A DNA stretch of 64,000 nucleotides from Felis catus (GCF_018350175.1 NC_058368.1:133302001-133366000), one strand, 5' to 3'; positions 24,786-34,680 are shown, counted from the stretch's first letter. Numbers and translations: made by a program. The notes: a model not told the origin generated them from the sequence alone.

Positions 24786-26219
24786 GAGTTCTTTAAACTC
24801 TTAAAGTTGACTAGTACTTCTTACCTCTCTCCAATAACCTAAAACTACTTTCAGGTCCTATTTGTTTAAAAGTATTATTAAGAAAAAAAACGTCTAACGT
24901 GGTATACAATGCTTAACAGCATTACTATTACATTACATTACAATTTCAAGTGGCTCTTGTTTACTCTTGTTACTCCATTTTGTACCAACCTTGCTTAGTT
25001 TAATGAAGTAGTTTTTATTGTCTTTTATACACACGGTGCATGGTGGAGGCTTTTCGCCGGAACCCAGGTGCTTACAATTTAAATCTTTCTAGAACTGTTT
25101 GCATCTCTGTCAAAAGGATCCATTTCCCAGAGTTCTCTGTTGTTGGCTCTTTGGAGATGGAATGCACATTCTGTGCAAAGTATGAATGTGCACTCTTTCT
25201 CTCTGGCCCAGGTAGGCTAACCAAAACTATGTCTTGCTTGGCTTCATTTCTCTCGGTATGTGGCTTTCTGTCTTTGCCAAAGCCAAGGATGAGTGAAGGA
25301 GTGAGTCACATGAATGATCATTAATGTTTTCTTGACACATTGAAAGGGAACTCACACATGCTTATGTTTCTTTTCTTTTAGCTGATCCTTCTTACCTAGA
25401 GCAAGAGATCAGGGCAAAAGGATGTGAATCACTTGGAAATTATGAACAGTGGCCTCTGGCCAAGAAAGGGGTATGTCAGGTGTGTGGTTTTTCCAAACCT
25501 AAAATATTTGCTTTCAATGCACTTAGCAGGGTTATAATTGTAGGGTGTTAAACCCTTAGAAGTGTCATGTCTACCCAGCACTCCACTTTATGATAATAAT
25601 AAAAAAAATAACAGCTTTATTGATATATAATTTACATACTTACTAAGTGTGTTATCATTATCACTAATTTAGCCAGTAGTTGTCACTTTCCATTCCTTCT
25701 TCCTCCAGCCCTGGCAACCACTAATCTACTTTTTGTCTCCATGGTTTTGCCGACTCTAGATATTTCATATAAATGGAATCATATAATATGTGGTTTTTTG
25801 TGACTGGCTTCTTTTCCTTAGCATCTTGTTTTCATGTTGTAGCATGTATCAGTAGTGTGTTATTGTTTATGACAGAATAACATTCCATTGTATGGCCATA
25901 CCATCTTTTGTTCATTCATTCATTCATTGATGGACATTGAGTTGTTTCTACTTTTTAGCTATTAAGAATAATGCTTCAATGAATACTCATGTACAGGTTT
26001 TTGTGTGGAAATTCTCCTGGATGTAGACCCAAGAGTGGTATTGTTGGGTAATATGGTATCTCTGTTCAGCTGTTTGAGAAACTGGATGTACCATTTTACA
26101 TTCCTACCAACAGTGTGTGAGGGCTCCAATATCTTTACATCCTTACCAGCCCTCGTTATTATTTGTCTTTTTTATTATGGCCATTCAGTAGTTGCGGAGT
26201 AGCACCTCATTATGGTTTT

Positions 26220-26410
26220 TAATTTTATCATGGTAAAATATACATAACATAAAATATACGGTTCTAACCATTTTTAAGTATACAGTTCAGTGGCATTAAA
26301 TGCATTCACAATGTCAAGCGACCATCGTCATGGTTCATTTTCAGAACTTTTTCATCATCCCAAACAGAAACTACCCACTAAATAATAACTAATCACTTCC
26401 CTCTGTCCCT
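26220..26410 (-). mobile_element. Short L1 3' end nested in the older L1
   Basis: aaaatatacataacataaaat...tttaagtatacagttcagtggcattaa; degenerate TSD tcattatggtttt/tcatcatagtttt. Confidence 0.75.
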
Positions 26411-27492
26411 TCATCATAGTTTTAATTTTTGTTTTCCTAACAGCTAATGTTTTCCTAATAGTTGATCATCCTTTCATATGCTTATTGGCCATTTGTGTAT
26501 CTTCTTTGGAGATATGTCTGTTCAAATCCTTTACTCATTTGTAAGTTGGGTTATTTGTCTTTTTATTGTCAAGTTATAAGAACTCTCTTATATATTCTGG
26601 GTATAAGTCCACAAGATATATGATTTGCAATATTTTCTCTGGGCTGTCTTTTGCTTTCTTGGTGGAGAAACCACAAAAGTTTTAAATTTTGAAGAAGTCT
26701 CATTTACCTATTTTTTCTTTTGTTGCTTGTGCTTTTGGTGTGGTAGCACAGAAATCATTGCCTAATCCAAGGTCACAAAAATCTACCCTTACATTTTCTT
26801 CTAAGAGTTGTATAGTTTTAATTCTTACATATAGACTTATGATCCCTTTTTAGTTAATTTTTGTTTATAGTGTGAAATAGAAATCTGAGTTTATTGTTAT
26901 ATGTGAATATCCAGTTGTCCCGGTACCATTTGTTGAAGACCATTCTTTCCCTTATTGAATTGTCTGACACCATTATAAAAAGTTAATTGATTATAAATGG
27001 ACTTTCACAATGATTCCATTGATCTACATTCCTGTTCTGCCAGGACCACACTGTCTTGATCATTGCAGCTTTGTAGTAAATGCTGAAATTGGGAAATGTG
27101 AGTCATTCAACTTTGTCCTTTTTCAAAATTGATTTGACTCCTCTGGGTTTCTTGCATTTTCACATGAATTTTATCATCAGTTTGTTAATTTCTGCAAAAA
27201 AAAAAGTCAGTTGGGATTTTGATATGGATTACATTGGATCTATAGATCATTGTATGTAGTATTACCATCTTAATAATAATATGTCTTTAGATTCATGAAG
27301 GTGGGGTATCTTTTCATTTACACAGGTCTTCTTTAGTTTTTTTCAGCATTATTTTATAGTTTTCAGCATAGAAACATTGTACTTCTTTTGTTACACTTAT
27401 TATGAAATATTTCTTTCTTTTTGATGCTATTATAAATGTCATTGTGATCTTAATTTCATTTTTGAATTGTTCTCTGCTAGTGTAAAGAACTA

Positions 27493-27904
27493 TAGTACCC
27501 CACCTGCCCTCTTATCTGAAGTTTCATTTTCTGCAGTCAACAGTACTCCAGAAGCAGGTGTTTCTCCTTCTGACCTATCACCAGAAGGTCAATAGTAATG
27601 TGACACTACATCACAATGCTTTTGTCGTTCACCTCACTTCAACTAATCATGTGGGCATTTTATCATTTCACATCATCACAAGAGGAGTGTCGTACAATGT
27701 TTTGAGAGAGGCCACATTCATATCATTTTTAGTAAGCTGTATTGTTATAATTGTTCTATTTTGTTATTGTTGCTATTCTCTTACTGTGGCTAATTTATAC
27801 ACTTTATATGTATAGCAAAAAACAGCATATGTAGGGTTTGGTATTATCTGCAGTTTCAGGCATCCACTTGGAATGTATCCCTCTCAGATAAGGGAGGACT
27901 AGTG
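27493..27904. mobile_element. Tigger-family MITE (MER44/Tigger7-like)
   Basis: TIR-like ends ...ccctcttatc and gataagggaggactagtg; TA duplication at 27491-27492 and 27905-27906; internal cagaaggtcaatagta and gtttcaggcatccact. Confidence 0.85.
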
Positions 27905-28108
27905 TACAATTAATTTTTTGAATACTGATATTGCACCCTGCAACCTTGATGAGCTTATTTATTCTGACAGCATTTTTGGCAGATTCTTGAGGGTTTTTTA
28001 TATATAAGATCAAGTCATCTACCAATAGAAACAGGTCTACTTCTTTCCCGGTCAGGCTGCCTTTTATTTCTTTTTCTTAAATAATTTCACTAGCTCAGTG
28101 AGTGTTTC

Positions 28109-28330
28109 TTTTTAAATTTTTTTTTTCAACATTTATTTATTTTGGGGACAGAGAGAGACAGAGCATGAACGGGGGAGGAGCAGAGAGAGAGGGAGACACA
28201 GAATCGGAAACAGGCTCCAGGCTCTGAGCCATCAGCCCAGAGCCTGACGCGGGGCTCGAACTCACTGACCGCGAGATCGTGACCTGGCTGAAGTCGGACG
28301 CTTAACCGACTGCGCCACACAGGCGCCCCC
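28109..28330 (-). mobile_element. Very young feline Can-SINE
   Basis: CpG-rich head with A-box TGGCGCAGTCGG and B-box GAGTTCGAGCC; perfect TSD ctcagtgagtgtttc at 28094-28108 and 28332-28346. Confidence 0.97.
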
Positions 28331-28587
28331 ACTCAGTGAGTGTTTCAAATCCAATTCAAGAAGATTCAAAAGAATTTAGAATTTCTTTTGCCAGAAGAGG
28401 AAAAGATCAGGAAGGGCAAGACCAAGAATATCTAGGAACCTACTGTCTTGCTAATAAATCTATTTGTTGATCTTCCTATTTCCTCATTTCCCACTTAAGC
28501 CATTTCTTCTCTGACCTCCCCATTTAGGAAGCAAAGTATGTTTGAGGCAGGGGACTTTTATCTTTTCTTTTAAAATGCGTGTTATTG

Positions 28588-28880
28588 GAGGGGTGTCTGG
28601 CTGGCTCAGTTTGTTAAGCATCTGACTCTTGATCTCAGCTCAGGTCCTGATCTCAGTGTTGTGAGTTCAAGCCCTGTGTTGGGCTCCATGCCCAGTATAG
28701 AGCCTACAAGAAGGAAGGAAGGAAGGAAGGAAGGAAGGAAGGAAGGAAGGACAGAAAGAAAGAGAGAGAGGAAGGAGAGAGAGAAAGAAAGGGAGAAAGA
28801 GAGAAAGAAAGAGAGGGAGGAATGGAGAAAGGGAGGAGGGGAGGCAAGAGGGAGGAGGGAGAAAGAAAGAAAGAAACACA
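28588..28880 (+). mobile_element. Short older Can-SINE whose tail is a purine microsatellite
   Basis: ggggtgtctggctggctcagt...agagccta, then (AAGG)10 and a GA-rich tract; near-TSD aaaatg(c/t)gtgtt(a/t)ttg. Confidence 0.88.
28708..28876. repeat. (AAGG)10 plus GA-rich polypurine tract
   Basis: Direct reading. Confidence 0.95.
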
Positions 28881-29479
28881 AAAATGTGTGTTTTTGAATA
28901 TTACCCATATCCTGGTGACCAGCATTCGTTCAGTTCTCTTTTACCCCCTATCTCCTGTCTTAACCTAAACCACCATACCAGATACAAAAGACAAGAAAAT
29001 GTAAAATTTAAACAGTAGAAACCAATGAACTTGGTTGGGTTGCTTTTCATTTATATGCCTGGACTGGAATCCCCAAACATCAGAATAATGAATATCAGTT
29101 TTTCATTTTTTGGGTTTCTCACCCTGATTTGGGATATCTCATTTTTTATTTATATTTATTCCCATCTATGTCAATGTTAGGAAATAAACATCCCAACTTG
29201 GAGGCTATGTTTACAATTGGGCCTCTTCCACACATACATTATTTAGCCTCCTCATTACCTGGCCAACGTAGAGGAGGATTTAAAGCATCAACATAAATCT
29301 GATTTTAATTTTCTCCCAATAAGAGCTGAAAAATATGTCTAATTATAAGGATGCTGTAGAGTACAATGGGAGAATCCTCAATTCTTGCTAATAACCCTGA
29401 CAAGTCTGAAATACTGTGTTATTTTTGGAATCACTATATTGCACTTTGAGCTAGTTTTCAGGGAAGGAGCTATACAATA

Positions 29480-29640
29480 AAGGCAAGAATCACCTGCTAC
29501 AAGGGCAGTCCTGGGTTCTGGTTCTTCTGCACTTAGCTAGCTGCGTAGCCTTGGCTAAGGTAAGTCACTTGAGATCTCCAGGCCTGAAATGAAGGGATTA
29601 GACTCAAGAATCCCTGCGAGCTCTGACATCCTGTGAACCT
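29480..29640 (+). mobile_element. MIR-like fragment
   Basis: ctgggttctggttcttctgcacttagctagctgcgtagccttgg...aagtcactt. Confidence 0.6.
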
Positions 29641-29904
29641 TTGATTCACGTGTGCTGCACACAAGCTGAGTACCATGTCATTTCAAGAGGTACGTGACTT
29701 TCAGAAAGTGGAGTGTGCATGTGGTGTGATCACAGCTGGCAGGGCAGCAGAGGCTCTTGAAGGAGGGCACGTCATGGGTTTGATTTTAAGTCTGTACCTA
29801 CGAGTCTGTACAGTCTTTACCTTTAAAGACCACAGAAGGGAGTGACCATATGACAAGATGTCATGAAGTACGTTCTACATGAGAATTGTTTTTTCCAGAT
29901 AATT

Positions 29905-30090
29905 ATTGTTTTTAATTTTTAATGTTTATTTATTTTTGAGAGGGAGTGAGGGAGAGAGAGGGAGATAGAGGATTCGAAGCAGGACCAGTGATGACAGTAT
30001 AGTCTGATGCTGGCCTCAAACTCGCAAACTGTGAGATCATGACCTGAGCCAAAGCTGGACACTTAATCAACTGAACCACTTGGGTGCCCC
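29905..30090 (-). mobile_element. Can-SINE
   Basis: Ends ctgaaccacttgggtgcccc; TSD tttccagataatt at 29892-29904 and 30091-30103. Confidence 0.93.
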
Positions 30091-30296
30091 TTTCCAGATA
30101 ATTCTTAAGAACACAGTTCATCTAAGCAGAAGGCATTGTAAACTTAAAATTTCCTGAATATTTCTGGCATACAGCCTAGAGATCTTCTCACTGATGTTCC
30201 TCAGTCTAATGACCACTCTGAAGTAGGAGCTGATGGGCCAGGTGAGGGTCGCAAGGAAGGGACCGTAGCTATGGGCTTAGAACTCCTGCTTACTGT

Positions 30297-30439
30297 TAGG
30301 TAATTGCACATCCCCATTTGCCCAGGACTGTCTATTACCCCAGATAAATTATTATCTGTTACCCCAGATAAATTATTAATAGGGCCCCTTTCCTCTCTAA
30401 ATTCCCCTGGTTTAGATAATAAATTATATAATCACCATA
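30297..30439. mobile_element. hAT-Blackjack MITE (MER94-like)
   Basis: catccccatttgcccaggactgtc...aattattaatagggcccctttc...gataataaattatataatcacc. Confidence 0.75.
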
Positions 30440-30559
30440 AGAGGATATTTATTCCGAGGTCCATTTGCTCAAGCGGGTTTTTTAGTAGTAAAATAATTTA
30501 AATGTTATTCAATTAAGTTCCTCACTTGCTTCATTTTCTTGCCTTAATAGCCATATTAG

Positions 30560-30755
30560 CTTCCATTTATTCACGCAGCACACACTGAGCCAAGATTTTA
30601 TGTAGGAAATCTTGTCCACAGCATCTCAGTAGAGGGAGAATTATTCACCCTCATTACAAATGAGGAAACTGAGGCTCTGAGAGGAAAAGCAGCAGATCCA
30701 GGATTTGAACCAAGGTCTATTGGCATCAGAAGTCTTTTGTCATTGTGCCTCTGTG
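30560..30755 (-). mobile_element. MIR
   Basis: ttacaaatgaggaaactgaggctctgagagg...caggatttgaaccaaggtct. Confidence 0.8.
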
Positions 30756-30871
30756 AGTTCAAACAAAAGAATATTTTTAACTTCAAGAAATGAGAATGGT
30801 CTCATTTTATTTATTTATTTACTTACTTTTTTTTAGTACTATAAAATCCATTTATTTAAAAAATTCAAACC

Positions 30872-31097
30872 AGGGACCTACATGGCTCAGTCAGTTAAAC
30901 TTCTGACTCTTGATTTCCACCCAGTTCATGGATCTCATAGTCGTGGGATCAAGCCCACACTGTTCCACGCTGAATGTGGAACCTGCTCGAGATTCTCTCT
31001 CCCTCTCTTTCTCTCTCTCTCCCTCCCTCCCTCCCTCTGCCCCTACCCTTCTTCCACATATGCGTGCTCTCTCTCTCTCAAAAAAAACCCAAAAAAC
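30872..31097 (+). mobile_element. Can-SINE
   Basis: tggctcagtcagttaaacttctgactcttgattt...gattctctctccctctc...A tail. Confidence 0.9.
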
Positions 31098-31227
31098 CCA
31101 AGTTAGTTAGATTTATAAGTGAGTTTTGTCACCTTTTAAGGAACACATGGTTTCAGTTTTATATAAATTGTCCCACATGATAGTAAGGATGAAAAGCTCT
31201 CTAATTTCTGTTATAATCTTGATAACA

Positions 31228-31390
31228 TACCTTCCACGACGTGGCTGTTTTTCTACCTCTAGAGGTGCAGATTGTTCTCTCGGTTCTCATATCAGTTTCT
31301 TGGGGGTTCAGAATGATTTGATATTTATCTAGCTGTTCGAGGGACAAGGCAAGCCTCGGATCTCCCTACTCCTCTGCCATCTTAGCTCCT
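31228..31390 (-). mobile_element. Isolated carnivore L1 5'UTR start (about 160 bp)
   Basis: Minus strand reads aagatggcagaggagtagggagatccgaggcttgccttgtccctcgaacagctagataaatatcaaatcattctgaac...gtcgtggaaggta, matching my recollection of carnivore L1 5' ends, including the YY1-type AAGATGGC motif. Confidence 0.7.
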
Positions 31391-31447
31391 TCTCCTTCAC
31401 TTGCAATTTTGGATTCAGAATGGTGATAATAAAATGAATGAAGCACT

Positions 31448-31973
31448 GCTAGGATTTACCCAAGGGATACAGGAGTGCTGATGCACAGGGGCACTTGTAC
31501 CCCAATGTTTATAGCAGCACTTTCAACAATAGCCAAATTGTGGAAAGAGAGTAAATGTTCATGAACTGATGAATGGATGAAGAAGTTGTGGTTTATATAT
31601 ACAATGGAATACTACTTGGCAATGACGAAGAATGAAATATGGCCTTTTGTAGCAACATGGATGGAACTGGAGAGTGTTATGCTAAGTGAAATAAGTCATA
31701 CAAAGAAAGACAGATACCATATGTTTTCACTCTTATGTGGATCCTGAGAAACTTAACAGAAGACCAAGGGGGCGGGCAGGGGGGGAAAAAGTTATAGAGA
31801 GGGAAGGAGGCAAACCATAAGAGACTCTTAAAAACAGAATAAACTGAGGGTTGATGGGGGGTGAGGGAGAGGGGAAAGTGGGTGATGGGCACTGAGGAGG
31901 GCACCTGTTGGGATGAGCACTGGATGTTGTGTGGAAACCAATTTGACAATAAATTTCATATTAAAAAAAAAAA
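31448..31973 (+). mobile_element. Young feline L1 3' end, 5'-truncated
   Basis: tttacccaagggatacaggagtgctgatgca...ggaaaccaatttgacaataaatttcatatt(A)n; TSD gaatgaagcact at 31436-31447 and 31974-31985. Confidence 0.95.
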
Positions 31974-31985
31974 GAATGAAGCACT

Positions 31986-32165
31986 TCAAATCCTGGCAAC
32001 AACACTCATTGCGTATTCTCTCTGTTCCTCAGTCTCCCCTTCAGGAAAATGGGGCTGTTAATAGTTCCTACCCCATACAGGTATTGTCAGGATTAAGAGC
32101 TAATACATGTAAAGTGCTTAGAACAATGCCTGGCACTGTGAAATCTCTCAATACAAGTTAGTGAT
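31986..32165 (+). mobile_element. MIR
   Basis: cctcagtctcccc...aaaatgggg...taatacatgtaaagtgcttagaacaatgcctggcac. Confidence 0.85.
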
Positions 32166-32167
32166 TC

Positions 32168-32200
32168 CATCACCATCACCATCATTATCACCATCATCAT
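32168..32200. repeat. (CAT/CAC)n imperfect trinucleotide repeat
   Basis: catcaccatcaccatcattatcaccatcatcat. Confidence 0.8.
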
Positions 32201-32449
32201 TGATAATTGAATGTCTTCGCTATTACAATTTCATTAAGTACAAAATATGTAAGAATTTTATGTTTTTACTGTGTAAACATATGTTTTCCCTCTCCTTATG
32301 AACTGATTTATCCTTCTTTGAAAAACTCAAGGGGTCTGTGAAAGTTATAGTCTTCCGATGAAGAATTGGTAGTTAATTATTGACTTGATTCAACATCATA
32401 ACGACTGAAAAACCTGAAAAGTCATTGAGAATCATGTAGAAAAAGATTT

Positions 32450-32558
32450 TCAAGTTGTTCTACTTTTTAAGTAATCTCTCTGCTCAACATGGGACTTAAC
32501 TCATGACCCAGAGATCAAGAGTCGCAGGCACTATTGACTTGAGCCAGCAAGGCGCCCT
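32450..32558 (-). mobile_element. Short older Can-SINE
   Basis: ttttaagtaatctct...gagatcaagagtcgca...gagccagcaaggcgccc. Confidence 0.85.
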
Positions 32559-32784
32559 GAAAAAATTTTAAAGTTAAAAATAACTTTTTTCTTATTACCC
32601 AGATGAATAACATGGTCATTGTTATATAGATTCTTTGTGTGTATTTTTTTCATATGTAGGTATACATATACGTATCAATGGAAATGAGATTAAACCAAAA
32701 TAGTTTTGCACTCTTTTCCCACTTTGCAGGGTATTTTTAACCACTTTCTGTTTCAATAGTACTCATTCCATTTCCAACTATTTT

Positions 32785-32960
32785 TGGCAGCAGAACTAAT
32801 TTTCCAAAAGAAACTGATAAAATTGAAGCTTTTGATGTTGAAGCAGGAATGTGAGACCCAGGGCCCCACCTACTTAGGCTCCCATTGGCTTTTATCCTTT
32901 CCCACCCTTTACCCAATCACCCCTGAGGCACCACCAAGGAATCCTGAGGCTGTGCCATAA
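32785..32960. mobile_element. Old hAT-Charlie MITE (MER112-like, uncertain)
   Basis: gttgaagcagg...cccagggccccacc...cccctgaggcaccaccaaggaatcctgaggct. Confidence 0.4.
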
Positions 32961-33200
32961 TATATTTAACCAGTATCTCTTCGTTTAGATTATTTCCAAC
33001 TTTTTCCTGTTATAAAACACACTGCAGTGAACATCTTTGTAGCTCATCTTGGCACATATGCTTATTTATATATGTATTTTCTTCGGGCATTTTTTAGAAG
33101 CAGGAATTCTGGGTCAAAGGATATATGTATTTTAAATCAAATTTTTAATCACTGTTGCACAAACTGTCTTTTAGAAAGTCTGTACAAATTAACAGGCTAA
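32960..33200 (-). mobile_element. Old L1ME-type fragment
   Basis: tttagattatttccaactttttc...ctgcagtgaacatctttgta...ggaattctgggtcaaagg. Confidence 0.65.
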
Positions 33201-33868
33201 CCATGGGTATTTTCATAAAAAGGAAAATCCTGGCCAATGTATTGATTAATGGCAAAATCAGAAAATTTACAACCCATGCCAGGTATCTTTAAATTAGTAC
33301 AGGAAATTAGTACAGGAAGGAAGAAACCTCCCACTCCCAAAAGGATTTCGTTCTTAAATGCTTACAGAGAACTTAAAAGCAAAGGCCCTACCCTTATTTT
33401 ATAGTGAAAATAAAAAATGGGGAAAATTTTGCTCATTCCAATGAACTGGGCTTAGGACAGTTTTAACACAGCAAACACTCTTGAAGTAGGAATCCAAAAG
33501 AGCCAAGTAGCCTGAACATCGCTGGCATTTCTATGGACATTGCTGGTAAGACCAGATACATCCTGACCATATCATGTAACTTCACCCAGCTTGATGATCA
33601 TACATGATGCTTACTGGGTCCTGAGCCCAGGAAGTGGTCTCACTTCAATGTAAGGGAGAGTCCTTGAAAAAGCCATCTAGGACTCCTTCCATAAAATCAC
33701 TTTTGGCTACCTGAAGGTGCTGTCTTGCTTCTAGTCATCTGCCACATCATCAGCCCTTTAACCCTGAAATGCTGTGGTGTTGGTGAAGTCACACTGGATG
33801 GGGACAGCAGCCTTGGGTGGTGTAGCCTTAAAGCATCATCTCATTCAAGTTGGGTAAAATTTTGGGTT

Positions 33869-34075
33869 GGGGCACCTGGATGGCTTCGTCATTTAAGCAT
33901 ACTACTCTTGGTTTTGGCTCAGGTCATGATCCCAGGGTTGTGGGATTGAGCCCTGTTTGGGATCCTGTGCTGGGTGTGGAGACTGCTTAAGATTCTGACT
34001 CTCTCTATCTTTACACCTCTCCCCTGCTCTCTCTCTCTCAAAAAAAAAAAAAAAAAAAAAAAGAAGAAGAAGAAG
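33869..34075 (+). mobile_element. Can-SINE
   Basis: ggggcacctggatggct head, ggctcaggtcatgatcccagggttgtgggattgagccc, long poly(A) then (GAA)n. Confidence 0.92.
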
Positions 34076-34529
34076 AGATTGTAGATTGGCTTAATTTCTC
34101 CAGGAGATTCTTAAGTTTGTTTGTTTGTTTGTTTGCATTGATTATCTTTAAAAACCAGTGAAGTCTTATAGATCTCTCTGCAGAGAGAAACTAACTTGTT
34201 GAAAAAGTTGGTATGGGGTACCTTGGGTACATAGCAGTGCTATACTTTTATTTGATTCCTCTTGTTACAGTAGGTTACTAAGAGTCCTTGTATTAGCATT
34301 GTGTAAAAATTTGGAAAGTGTTTTTAATTAAACCAAGTGAAAGTCTTGCCATAGATAATTTCCTAGGTATAAATGATCCTTTGGTTTCTCTTATGTCATT
34401 GCTGTAAAAGACTCCCACCTCCAGGCCCCATACTGCGCCTGGTCGGGGGTACTAAACTAACTGCCTTTCTGAAGACTCAAGGAACATCACATCAACTTGA
34501 CTCTGCTCTCCTAGAGTGTCTGCCCTGGC

Positions 34530-34680
34530 TGCACACTGGAGTCTCTTTGAGAACTTTGCATACAGATACCTGGATCCAGTCCCAGATCTTCTGACATAGT
34601 TGGCCTGGGATAGAGCTGGGCATGGGATTATTTTAGGGGCTCCCTAGATAATTCTCATGTGCAGCCAGGATTGAGAATCC
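34530..34680. mobile_element. MER5B-like MITE
   Basis: gctccctagataattctcatgtgcagccaggattgagaa. Confidence 0.6.

Larger units (their letters stand above)
25607..28093 (-). mobile_element. Old L1M (L1MA/MB-type) ORF2 3' part and 3'UTR
   Basis: ggcaaccactaatctactttttgtctccatgg 3'UTR; ORF 27804..28025 contains DDLILYIKNP, the L1 RT motif (F)ADDMILY. Confidence 0.9.

Noticed and set aside
28240..28330. tRNA-like A/B boxes
   Set aside because: These belong to the tRNA-derived SINE head, followed by (CT)n, A-tail and TSD; not a tRNA gene.
28606..28925. Low-complexity ORFs (RKEG or FLPS repeats)
   Set aside because: Translations of the (AAGG)n/GA tract.
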